Assembly: GCA_964106915.2 (NCBI GenBank)
Contig: OZ066925.1
Direction: 5' to 3' (one strand)
From: Podarcis gaigeae
Taxonomy: Eukaryota
DNA: 64,000 nt
Part shown: positions 12,124 to 23,963 of the stretch, piece after piece
Position numbering within the stretch: position 1 is the stretch's first letter
Layout of the letters: every line of letters begins with the position of its first letter
The notes under the pieces: generated by a model
Told to the model about the DNA's origin: nothing
The model's input: only the letters and a program-made list of their open reading frames with translations
The model's database searches: none
Program-made: the position numbers and the translations under genes

Positions 12124-13292
12124 ATACCTTACCTTTACCTTACTGTGCATCAAAGTATTGGCTGCACTTACTCAGTTGGGTCAAAACCCTTCGAGAATTT
12201 CTCATCCACACACTTAGGAAGACAAACACAAGAGCTGGACCCGCTCCCACAAGCGAGGCTTGTCTTCTGCAGGAATTGTGTCCTTTGTCTCCGGTGTCAA
12301 AACGTCAGCATACCTCACTTGTCTATCTAATCTTCTCACCTGAACTATTTATGGTATTTTTCTAGTGCCTGTCACTGAAGTATTCAAACATTGGGGGGGG
12401 GGGGGAATCCCTCAGAAATGTCATTTATGCACACTAATTCTTTGCAACATTCTGATCTCTCCAAGTTTCGCAATCCCCCTGGCTTCTTTGTCTCTGTTTT
12501 AGGTGCTGCTTGCTTGTTGACTCTCTGCTTTCTATCAGCTTGACAGGTTTAAACAGCCATAGTAGAATTCCTTTGGCTTGAATGTTGGGCTAGTTGCCTT
12601 CTCTGCCAGCTCAGAACCCAATACAAAGACTCCAGATGGTCACAGTAGTAGATCTATGCTTTTGATATAAATCACTTGGCCTTTGGATGGAAGCCTTTGA
12701 AACGACACCCTGTTCAAGTGCTCCTTGTAGAAAGAGGCTGCTACTCCCAGCTTTAAGAAAACACATACTGTTTCTACTAGATTATTAAAACTGTGTGGAG
12801 CTTGGAGGGTTGAGTCCTTGTTATTACTTAATAAGTACCAGATGAGTTTCAATGTAATGACAACACAATGTGGAAAACAATACGGAATAGCATTTTATTG
12901 CGCGCGCACACACACACACACATTTTGAACCTTTTCCATGGAGAAATTACTTTTGTTCACACCCACCTTTGAGATTTTTCCCTTTGGAAACTTCTGCACT
13001 ACTGCAATTCAGTTGCAAATGAAGCACAATCATCTCCTATCCAAATAAAGCTGAAGTAAGGGTAATGGCCCATTGTCCGATTTATCCCTTGCTATCCCAC
13101 CCTAAAACTTCAAGAGGATTAAGGAAGCAAACTAGCTTTACACATAACCAAAGGACCTTTGAGGACCTCACGAGTAAAAATAATTCCTTGTCTTTAAACC
13201 CATTATTTCTATGTGGATCTGTGCCTTAAAAAAAAAAAAAGTAGTATAAATTTATTTAGAAAGTTTTGTGAACTGCAAAGAGTTGCCTAAGC

Positions 13293-13427
13293 GAGGCATA
13301 GGCAAACTCAGCCCTCCAGATGTTTGGGACTACAACTCCCATCATCCCTGACCACTGGTCCTGTTAGCAAGGGATGATGGGAGTTGTAGTCCCAAAACAC
13401 CTGGAGGGCCGAGTTTGCCTATGCCTG
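13293..13427. mobile_element. Short palindromic hAT-type MITE
   Basis: Near-perfect fold-back aggcataggcaaactc...gagtttgcctatgcctg; perfect 8-bp TSD gcctaagc. Confidence 0.9.
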
Positions 13428-14238
13428 GCCTAAGCAGTATACATGATAATAAAATTAAATTGTAGGAAAAAGTCACTAAAATCTAATCTATCTATCTCCA
13501 CTGGAGAATTTAGGTCCATTAATTTAAGTGGGTGTACCCTGAGTGAAACTTAGCTCAGTTCCAGCCACAAGAAAACTTCATGTCCCATTCTGATCTGCTT
13601 TTATTGATGCTCCATTAAGCCACATCAGTTTCTTTGGATCATAAGATAAAGTTGTGCTGCTCTTCCCATTATTGTAGTCAAGGTTTTGTGGTGCATATAC
13701 ATGTATTTCCAGCTAGCTCGCTGCTTCCTAGAAGGTGGAGGTGGGGAGATAACAATGTCTTGCTAAAAAAACCAACAGTGTAAGGATATCTGCTATTTTC
13801 GTAAGGAATTTTTGACCTGGGCGGAAGGAAGGCATTTGAAGAGGTATTTCACATTCAACACAAGCGAGTGCATACAGAGAATATGCGAGGTGGAAAAGGT
13901 ACTATAAATCTTTTATTGCTCTGCGTCTGGGATGACCACGTTAGTCAAGACTCAGTTATGCAGATTTTTCCAAAACTAATGACAATAAAAACTTTACAGC
14001 TCACTGGGCCTTCACATACTTTTTGCTCACACTCTGTCCTTTATTTCTTCTGATCCTTTGCCCCATTTCTTTGTACAGAAATAGAAAACAGTCTTGTAGC
14101 ATGTCAGACCGTCAGTTCATCCAGCACAGTGTTGGACAGAAGCTGTCCAGGGCTTCAGATCAGGAGTCTCTCACAGTCTGACCTGGATATCCAGGGATTG
14201 GAACTAGGACCTTATTTATTTATTTTACTACATTTCTA

Positions 14239-14875
14239 GGCTGGATCTACACTGACCTGTTTAACTTTATTCCCCCCTATTAGAACAATATTAGGCATGC
14301 CGCTCTAAAATGTCACAGGGCATACTTGTTATTGGTATTGTTTGCATTGGTTTTCCCCATCAAATGTAAGTAATACCCAGCCACACCATTCCCAAAATAC
14401 TGTTTCTTTCCCTGCTGCTGGTTGCTAGCTCCTCTGCTCCACCCTCTGGCATCACATTTTAATTCTTCCTCCCTCCCTCCTTGTCCTTTGTTACCTACCC
14501 CTCAAATACCATTGGAGAGGGGTCGGTGTTTGAAGGCAGTAAAAAAAAGGTAAAACGCTACATAGAGACATATGAGCAGTTTTTCAACGATACAGCAGCA
14601 GAAAACAATTAAAATTAGGCAATAAAAAAACCAAGGAATTAACACATTATGAATGTAAAAAGTAGGATTTCATGTGGCATAGGCAAACTCGGGTCTCCAA
14701 ATGTTTTGAGACTACAACTCCCATCATTCCTAGCTAACAGGACCAGTGGTCAGGGATGATGGGAACTGTAGTCTCAAAAACATCTGGAGGGCTGAGTTCG
14801 TTTATGAAAACTACATTATCAAAACCATTCCTTAACCCTTCCATGATATTAAAAACCAGGAGTGTAGATCTGTCC
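14239..14875. mobile_element. Harbinger-like MITE containing a nested short hAT MITE (~14674-14806)
   Basis: TIRs ggctggatctacact / agtgtagatctgtcc; internal copy of the 13293-type palindrome; superfamily assigned by resemblance only. Confidence 0.6.
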
Positions 14876-16568
14876 CAGCCCACTTTTCTTCCAGGGACCT
14901 TGAGGTAGCATACATAGTTCTCCTCCCCCACCATTTTATCCTCACAACAACAACCCTTTGAGGTAGTTGTTCATTGGTGCTGGTAGGGAGGCACAAGCCC
15001 AATAGTAGGTGGAACCAGAGCCAATGGCAGGCAGAGTCATCCCCTGATTGGTTGTAAGCAAGAAGGCAGGCAGGCAGGGACTGGCTGAGGGCAAAATGAG
15101 GTTGGTGGGGCAGTGCACCATTTGCCCTAAGCAACCAGCCTCCACTGGCTTCAGGGTGTCCAAAGGCAATTGGAGTAGCATAGGATTTGCCCATGTTACT
15201 ATGCCCATTCCCTCTCTCACCCTTCCAGATGTGCCACATAATGAGTTTACAATCTGTCGTCGTGACAACTCTGGGGATCAGGGTTCATTGCCAGTCTGAT
15301 GGCATCCTTGGGTCAGAGCATGATCACTAGTGTACTACTGTACTGGGGCAGCCTTCTGTTGCCCCACATGTGAACTCCGTCACAGTCCTGCCTATTCTTT
15401 CATCTGGGTTTATATTGCATATTGGCACTGAGATTTGCAGAATGGTGTAACTTTCTTTTGCAAGCTGCTCTGTGGATACATTTCAGTGGAGAGGGGAAAC
15501 AACACATCTATACTGCACAAAATAATAAAAAGAATGGGTAGTTCCATGGCAGTCTGGGTATGGATAGCTTTGCCGTGCAGGCCTCCAGTCCTTCTAATAA
15601 ATAAATTAAGGGTGCCCCCCATTAAGCATCTATTCCTGATTGTTTGTTTTCTTCTTTCCTTCCACATCACCATGAGTCATGCTGTGTGATTTTTTTTAAA
15701 AAAAATAATAGTAATAGCAGGTCACAAGAAAGTTGTCCAAATTTGTCACGTTGTGCCACAGCTAGCGATTTATTGGCTAGCTGTTGTGCAGCAAATGTTC
15801 TCTGTCTCTCTATAGAGGTCACTCTGCTTTAAAAAAGAAAGAAAAAGAAATCCGGCAAACGGGAAAACAAAGGCCACTTGGGTTTGATACGTTCAGAGCA
15901 AATAGTTATCATCTGATTGAAGAACAATGACTCCTTAGAATGCTCAAACAGTGTTTGTTATTGTTTGGGAGCATGTGCTCTGCGGTCATCATATGATAAA
16001 ACATACTGATACGGAAAAGGAGTGTTTAGCAGACACCCTCGGATCAGCTGTTCCTATCCAATTTTGGCAAGCTGCAGGAGGAAGCTATCAGGCGGGCTGC
16101 AATATGCCAATGCTGTTTGAACCACATTAGTCACTTGCTTTATTGTCTGGGCGGTTATCAAAGGAGTTTATTGCTTCTTCCTTCTTCCTTCTTGGATTCA
16201 CAAAATTCCAAAGCGTTCTTTTGCTTTGGAGAATGTGAAATTGTGGGGCATAGTGCATTGTACAAACGATAGGCGTTTGCTGCTGAAACATTAGTGAATG
16301 GTACAGAGGGACAGATTCCACTCTGGGTCTGAAAGCTTCCATCTGCAATGGAATGATTTCTTGCACAAACTCGCAGCCTCCACCAGCAGTATTCAGTGAC
16401 TGAATGTGCTTCAATGGATTAGGCTGTAGGCACAGGAACGATAAGAAACATGCAGTGGTGTTGCCTGGTATCCATATTTGAGCATGCTAATGTCTATGTT
16501 TGCATGTATCACCTTGGGAAAATGTCTCATTATTCCAGCCTGAAAAGAAAACACTTATATTTGATATC

Positions 16569-16820
16569 CAGTGGTACCTTGGTTTACGAACTTGATGCAT
16601 TCCAGAAGTCTGTTCTTAAACCAAAGTGTTCTTAAACCAAGGAGTGCTTTCCCATAGCAGTGGGGGACTCAATTTACAAATGGAACACACTGAACAGGAA
16701 GCCCAACATGTTCTGCTTCCAAGGCAAAGTTCACAAACCAAAACACCTACTTCTGGATTTGCAGCGTTCTTAATCCATGTTGTTCATAAACTAATCTGTT
16801 CTTAAACCAAGGTACCACTG
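16569..16820. mobile_element. Tigger/pogo-like MITE
   Basis: TIRs cagtggtaccttggttta / taaaccaaggtaccactg, TA on right flank. Confidence 0.85.
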
Positions 16821-16866
16821 TATAGATATAGATGATCTAGATATAGGACTGTCAATGGTTTGGTTC

Positions 16867-17228
16867 AGATGTGGCAGCACTGTGGTCTAAACCACAGCAC
16901 CGATGATAAGGTTGGCAGTTCAAATCCCCGCGACGGGATGAGCTCCCATTGCTCTGTCCTAGCTCCTGCCAACCTAGCAGTTCGAAAGCATACCAGCATG
17001 AGTAGATAAATAGGTACCACTGTGGTGGGAAGGTAAACAGTGTTTCTGTGTGCCCTGGCTTCTGTCACGGTGTCCCATTATGCCAGAAGCGGTTTCATCA
17101 TGTTGGCCACATGACCCGGAAAGCTGTCTGTGGACAAACACTGCCCCCTCGGCCTGGAAACAGAAATGAGCGCTGCACTCCATAGTCTAATTCGACCGGA
17201 CCTAACCATTCAGGAGTCCTTTACCTTA
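16867..17228 (+). mobile_element. Sauria SINE (older subfamily)
   Basis: ctagcagttcgaaagca...gtagataaataggtacc core; tail cctttacctt. Confidence 0.9.
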
Positions 17229-19495
17229 GTGCTAAACCTGAATAAGTGTTGCCTGAATGAGCTAAGCCTTGTGTGTGCCATCCTCCTCATTCCGTTCCAG
17301 TGATGCTATAAGGAAGAGATTGGAAACAACCACTTTCTATTTAATGCTCACCACAGTCTATTGTAATGCCCCAAAGACCAAGCTGTGCTTACTGCAAACC
17401 ATGGTACAGTAACTTTCCAAGATGAGCTTAACTTGTTTCAGTGAACCATAATTTACATTAACCACAGAATGTCCTTTCAGACTGTCAGGACTGGGTCATA
17501 TCTAGAGGGAGCCAGGGGCTGAGAACCAGGAGTCTGGATGGGAGAGCAATCAGGGTTGGAGAACAAGCCAGGAGTCATGACTGAAGAGCAGGATCAGACA
17601 GCAACTTAGGAGAGCAGACTTCAGGACAATCTAGGTGTCAAGACCAAAGTAGAGCTCAGACACATAAAGGTTCACTTGTGCTCAGGCAAGGGCTGCACGT
17701 CCCGTTTTGCCAAATGAGGCAAAATGGGAAAGTGCCACCCTGCCCTGCTGCCATGCCACCCCCGCCAAAACTTCCCTTACCTGCATTGTGTGGCAGCACT
17801 CGTCAAGCGGCAGCAGTGACGGCGAGTTCCAGTGATATCTCACAGAGCTCTTGCAAGATCTTCATGGAAAGCACAAGATCTCACAGGAAACTGCCTGGGG
17901 TGCTGGCACCCCTTCTCCACTGGTGGTGATGGGGACAATGCCTTGTGGGCTTTTTCTGCCTGAGGTGGCTGCCTCAGCTTGTTCCATGTGTGGGCCAGCC
18001 CTGAGCTCAGATAGACCTTGTTGCTCAGGCAAGATTCCAATGAGATGGGAAGTCTTCTTATGCTCCTCCCTACACAGGAGGAGCCAATGGTCACCCTGGA
18101 CACATGGAGTTGGACCAAAACCAGAACAATATTTGTGGAGAGGCTGAAGACATGCAGTTCATTACATGGGGCAGTGGTGAGCAGTTCTGGATGAGGACAA
18201 CATAATATGCCATGGCTAAACAGGGGTCAGATGCTTCCAATCTTCTTGTAACCACATCAGAAATACAGAGAAGAGGGAGGGGAGGAAGACTTTGCAAGCC
18301 CGGGGTTTATTTGTCTTTGCTTACTGTATGTAACACTAAACAGCATTACATGCTACATTCAAACTGGGTCAACATATCACAGGACCTTTTCTGGAAGCTT
18401 TCCACCACCATCAAAGTTACATTCCTATTGCTGAACCTAAGTTTCATTACTGGGCCCATGGTGCAGCTGATTGATCTCGTCTATGAATTAAGCAAACCCT
18501 GAGTTGGACTCACTGGGGGCTGCAGAGCATTAAACCTGGCAACCATGTATAACCCTCTAGGGTATTTAATGTGAAATTAAGGTTTTACTCTCAGAAATGG
18601 GAATAGTGGACTCTGGAAAGCAAGCACTGAACGAATGGTCACTATGGGACAGTCAAACTGTGCATATTTTATCACCCAATACTCCACAGATTTCACGCCT
18701 TCTCTCAAGACTGGTTATCTTCTCGTTATTTGAAACTTAAACATCACACACAATTTATATAACCTTATTCATTTAAACTGATTTATACCCACGGCAAGTT
18801 AAGCTGGAAGAAAAGGGAGAAAAGTGGTATTGATTAACCTGTCATATGGCATACGCTATGATGCTAGCTACCTCAGGAATGCTTCAGTGGTTTCGTTAGA
18901 AACCGCCGGTGGGATAGGATGAAATTTTCTTGACAGCGCTGGATGTCCAGTCTATCAGCAAGGGCTCTTTCTGTGTCATATATGGCTACCACAGCCTCTG
19001 GAGATCAACTGAGCAGCATACAGAATAATAACAACATCACGATATGTGTGAGGAGTGAATAAATTAGCACCATATTTCAGCGTTGGCTTCAGGGTCTTAT
19101 CATTAACAAAACAGTTGCACTGCTTACTCCTCTGTGTGTCTCATTAAAATGCTTGGGTAATAAAAAACGCTTTTACAACTTGCTCCATGATAAATGTTGT
19201 CATGGTCATGTATCAAAAGTGGTCCCCCAATATTTTGGATATCACGTCTCTTTTGTAGGAAAGAGCAACTGGAAACTATCAAAGAACCAAGAGAGGATCA
19301 CTCCCAAGTAGTATTTTTAGAAAACTGTATTTGAAGGAATACGATTGTAGACTGTTACTTCAAATTAATTGCTTGCTACCTGCAAATCTGTGCTGCCACC
19401 ATCTTAAAATTATTATTGTTTATTAATTTTCCAAATTATTACAAATCAAGCCAAATTACTTTAATTTAATACAATTTCTTAAAATCATATGTCCA

Positions 19496-20109
19496 TGTCA
19501 GGGATGTGGCTGAATTGAACGCCTGGGAAGAGTCTGACTCTGGAGATAAAGGATTGCCAGCACAAAGGGAGCCAGAATCTGATTTCTAACCCCTGGATCC
19601 AGCAAGTCCTAAAAGATAAGCCAGGCTACCTTCCTGTGTTGAGGTGATAGCCTGGGTGATGGGCCACTAAGAAACAAAGGAAAGGGGCTCTGTGTGAGAC
19701 AGCAAATGGATTAAGTTCATGGTTGGTTAGAAGGACAAAGTCAGAGTTGGAAGCTGAGAGTGCAGTGATGTGACCTAGAAGTAAAGCAGCAAGTCAGAGC
19801 TAATTTTGAGAGAACTATTTGATTTCTGTTTGAATCAAAGGCTGTGGTTGTGGGAGAAGCAAGACCTTTTTTGGGGTATCGATGTTGTAAACCCGTCCAT
19901 CGTAGGCTCAGGTTGCATATATGTGTATACCATATATCTTAAAGACACAGCAGTTTCCACTGTTCCTCATTCCCAAAGGAAACATGAACCCTGGGTAAGC
20001 ATCTGGAATCTCACACTGCCTGGAGATTGTGGCCGGTGTGGTGTTCTGAGCTTACCTTGTTGTTGCAAGGTGGCCAAGGGTGGTATATGTGTATATCTTT
20101 TCTGTTACA
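19496..20109 (+). mobile_element. Probable solo LTR
   Basis: Starts tgtcaggg like the 5311 element; right boundary and TSD uncertain. Confidence 0.35.
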
Positions 20110-22650
20110 ATTTGTCCAGCAATCTGTAGCCATTCTAGCTGCTCATCCTTTCTGTGGCCATGAGAGGAGCTGCATCTTGATGTCTTCCTCTGGATTTCAA
20201 CTGAAGCATGGGTTCCAGGAAGGCAGCAGAGTGCAGACCATTGGCAACATGGTGAATAGGATTAAAAAAGGGACACCCCTTGGCCACATTAAAATACAGC
20301 AAATGCAAATAAAATTAAATAAAACGATGCACCCCACTCAATAGAATTCTGCTTATTAACAGATGGAGAATGGTCTAAAAGGAAGATGGGAGAAATTGTT
20401 GGCACAGCAATAATATAAATGTGCCAAGAATGATTCTCTCAGTTCAATGTAGGAGCTAGCATTCTCTCACTTTCCACCTACCTCTTTTAGCCATGTAAGC
20501 TCTGTGTGCATGCATGAGCCCAGAAAGGCCATACATTTTCTCAAAGGCTGCATGGTATAATAGAACATGATTTTAGAAGGAAATAAGCACCATTCATTTA
20601 CTTCTAGCAGTCAAAAGTGAGACATTTAAGAAAAATCCTTTGAGTGCTCAATGCAAACGGTTCACAGTGTGAGTTCTTATCATCTCAGAGTCATATTTCT
20701 AGGATGAGAATTTGATCTCTTGCCTATTACCCTAGGAGTCCCCCGAGACCTGTACTTGGCCATCATTGCTTTGAATTGCATTTTTGTACACTATGCTTGT
20801 AAAGTCTCATTCTATACATTAATGACTCGATTGATGTTTGCTCAGAGGGTGCAGATTTAATGTGCACTGATGAAACAAGTGTTATTCTGTTCTTTCCATT
20901 CTCTCATTAATGGGTACAGAACAATCTTTTCTTCTTCTTTTTTCATTTCAAATACTCTGCATGCCTGACTAGATGCCTCTCAACTCTTCACATATTTTTG
21001 CCTATAGACACAGCAGCCCTGATGTAGCTTCAGTCATAGGAAGGTGGTATCCCAGAAACATTGTACCGTCCATTCTACCATGTTCTGTTCACTTGTCTTT
21101 TTTGTATTTAAAATGGATTTGTGATTTGAATTATTATTTTTTGGTCCTTTTTGTTTTTAGGATACCTGGAGAAACATGTTATTAGGTGGCCCAGAAACAA
21201 CCTAAATAAAATCAATAAATTCATCTAGCGGGAACAGAGCCTTCCTGTGACCTCCTGTCCTTTCTGTCTGCTTTCGCTATTTTCTTTTAGCTAGAGGAAA
21301 AATAATTGTAGAGAAAGAAAGAAACATCTCCCGCAAATTCTTTTTGTAAAATAAAATAAAAAATACTATGTATTCTGGGCATCCTAAATTAGACATGTTA
21401 TATTTGGGCATGGTAGAGACAGGGATGTTGTTGGACAGCTTCACTTATAAATAAATACCAGAGCTACAATTTTCAGAGTGATAATAATTTGCAGAGCTAC
21501 AATTCTCAGAGTCCCCTGGAAAGAGGGACAGACGGTTAAACCATTCTGGCAATTGCAGCTGTGTGAGGGATATAGGGGTCCCTTAAAAACTCTCAGCACC
21601 CTTACACTCCCTTTGATTCATTATGGAAAGCCATAACTACTTAAAGAGTCATGATACGGCTTTAAGTATATCATGCAGATGAGGCCTCGGATCTGCATGC
21701 ATACCTCATTCATAATTATCATTGTGTCCTTTGGGGTTTAATTGATTCAGATTTGCTATTCTCGTCGTTGAGTTTCTGTTTCTTACACAAACACGCAATA
21801 ACGCACCAGGCACACCTTTGCTACTGCTGTAGGAACAGAGGCAGGAAAACCCTTCCTCCACTCCTAGTACGCTAAGGTATATAGAATACAATATTTTAAA
21901 CAGTGAAATACTCTTGAGATCAAATGTGGCACAGACTAGGGAGCCAATGGCAGCATTTCTGCAAAGCAGGGTCTTTGCAATCACGGCGAGAGCAGCAAAT
22001 GGATTAAGAGAAGACAAGGAGCAATTCAGGTTGCCAACTGTCAGGTACGTTCTGCTCCTCTGCCTGGCCTATTGAATCAGCCCCAAAGCCTGCAGCAGGA
22101 AGAGTAAGGGAAGGGGGCGGGGGGATGTGTTGCGGGATTTGTCTCCAGCTTTTATGCTCACCAACCGAAAACCCTTCCATATTAATGAGCATCTGATGTG
22201 AGCAGCTGACAGGGCTGCAAATTGGTTGCATCCACATATTGCTCCACCTGTTGAATTCAACGGCTAGCCTTAATCAATAAAATCTGCATTTCATCAGCAA
22301 ACTACGTGGTCGCCATATGCACACCATCAGGATTGCTTCATTCCAACCAGAAGGTGAGAGGGTGCAGCAGATATTAAGGGAATCCCCCAAGATTTGAACA
22401 TCTGCAGCTGCTGCTCCTCTAGAAGAGGGCAAAGTTTTTTTGAATCACACTTTTTCAAATGGTATTTAAAGTTGATCCCACCTCAGACATCTCTAAGTTT
22501 GTCCCTTCCAGGCCTGGCTTTGTGTGTTCAGTGCAAAGGTCTGAACGGCCTTCTGTAAGTGCATTGGCCAGGATGCCATACAAACTTCGTTGCAATTGGT
22601 TCCTGTCTGCAAGGACCTTTGTAAACCCATTGTGGGTTAGAGGCTTAGAG

Positions 22651-22902
22651 CAGGGGTCAGCAACCTTTTTCAGCCATGGGCTGCTCCACCGTCCCTCAGA
22701 CCATGTGGGGGGCTGGACTATATTTTGAAAAAATAATAATGAATGAATTCCTATGCCCCACAAATAACCCAGAGATGCATTCTAAATAAAAGGACACATT
22801 CTACTCATGTAAAAACACACTGATTCCCGGACCGTCTGTGGGCTGGATTGAGAAGGTGATTGAGCCGCATCCAGCCCACGGTCCTTAAGTTGTCTACCCC
22901 TG
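22651..22902. mobile_element. hAT-type MITE, same family as 196-448
   Basis: caggggtcagcaacct...aagttgtctacccctg; perfect 8-bp TSD gcttagag. Confidence 0.9.
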
Positions 22903-23385
22903 GCTTAGAGGCTGCTTTCAGATGTTCACTCTAAACAAGAAGGTGGAGCAGACAGACCCAGTAGGGTCAGGGCCAAGGCACACACACAGCTCACTCTCCA
23001 CATGTTTGTGCCATTGAATGTCCATGTTGAATGCCTGAAGTAGGTAAAGGGCACATCTTCCAAAAGTTGTCCACTCTCTTTAAGAGCATATTGGCCTACT
23101 GGATCAGGCCAATCTCCCATGTAATCCAGCATTCTGGTCTCACAGTGGCCAACCCGATGTCTGTGGGAAAACCACAAGCAAGATCTGAGCACATGAGCAC
23201 TCTCTTCTCTTGGAGTTTCCAGCAACAGGTAAAGGGAAGCATTGCTTTTTCTTTCTGTGTGTCACACAGAGAGGCTGCATGAAGATATACAGTAATGCCA
23301 TAGCATTGTTAATCATTAGGATAATGAGCCACAGTTGAGTCTTAGGACTCAGCTACATTCCTTTTTTTAAAATGTGTTTTAAATG

Positions 23386-23963
23386 TGTTGTAACACTGCG
23401 ACACCAGATGACACTGTGGCGTTCCATCTTTCGGCAATGTGATTTCCCATTATGTCAAGCGTGGAGAGTCCTTCCCCTCCCTTTGGTAACTTCACAGATA
23501 AGAATTAACGAGCAGTTGACATATTTATAGTCCTTTTATTACAGCATCGTGTTGCAAGCACAATATACAGCTCTCCACAAGGAGGACAATTGCCTACTCT
23601 AACCCCTCCTTCCGACTTCCGCAGCAAGAAAGGTGCCAACGGGAAGTCCCTCCCTTCCTCTGCCTCCTTTGTTCTCTGATTCGTTCAGACCTCTGAGTCC
23701 ATAGTGAGAGGGGGTACCCCACACTCTTGATTGACATCTCTTCTAGCTATTCCCTCCCTTCTGGTTCCCTTGTCATTATCTCGTAGCTGGAAACTCCTCT
23801 TCTCTAAGCTGTTCATCTTCTGTGTCTGTGTCTGGCTCTCTCTCTGCTTCTGAAAATGCTGGGGTGTGTGTGAATAATCCCCCTCCATCTGAGGGAAGCT
23901 GATCTGCCTGTGATTGCATTCCCCAGTCTTCAGATTCCCTAACACATTATGAGGTTCACAACA
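23386..23963 (-). mobile_element. Probable solo LTR
   Basis: Inverted ends tgttgt...acaaca; minus-strand AATAAA (tttatt near 23535); no direct TSD. Confidence 0.4.
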
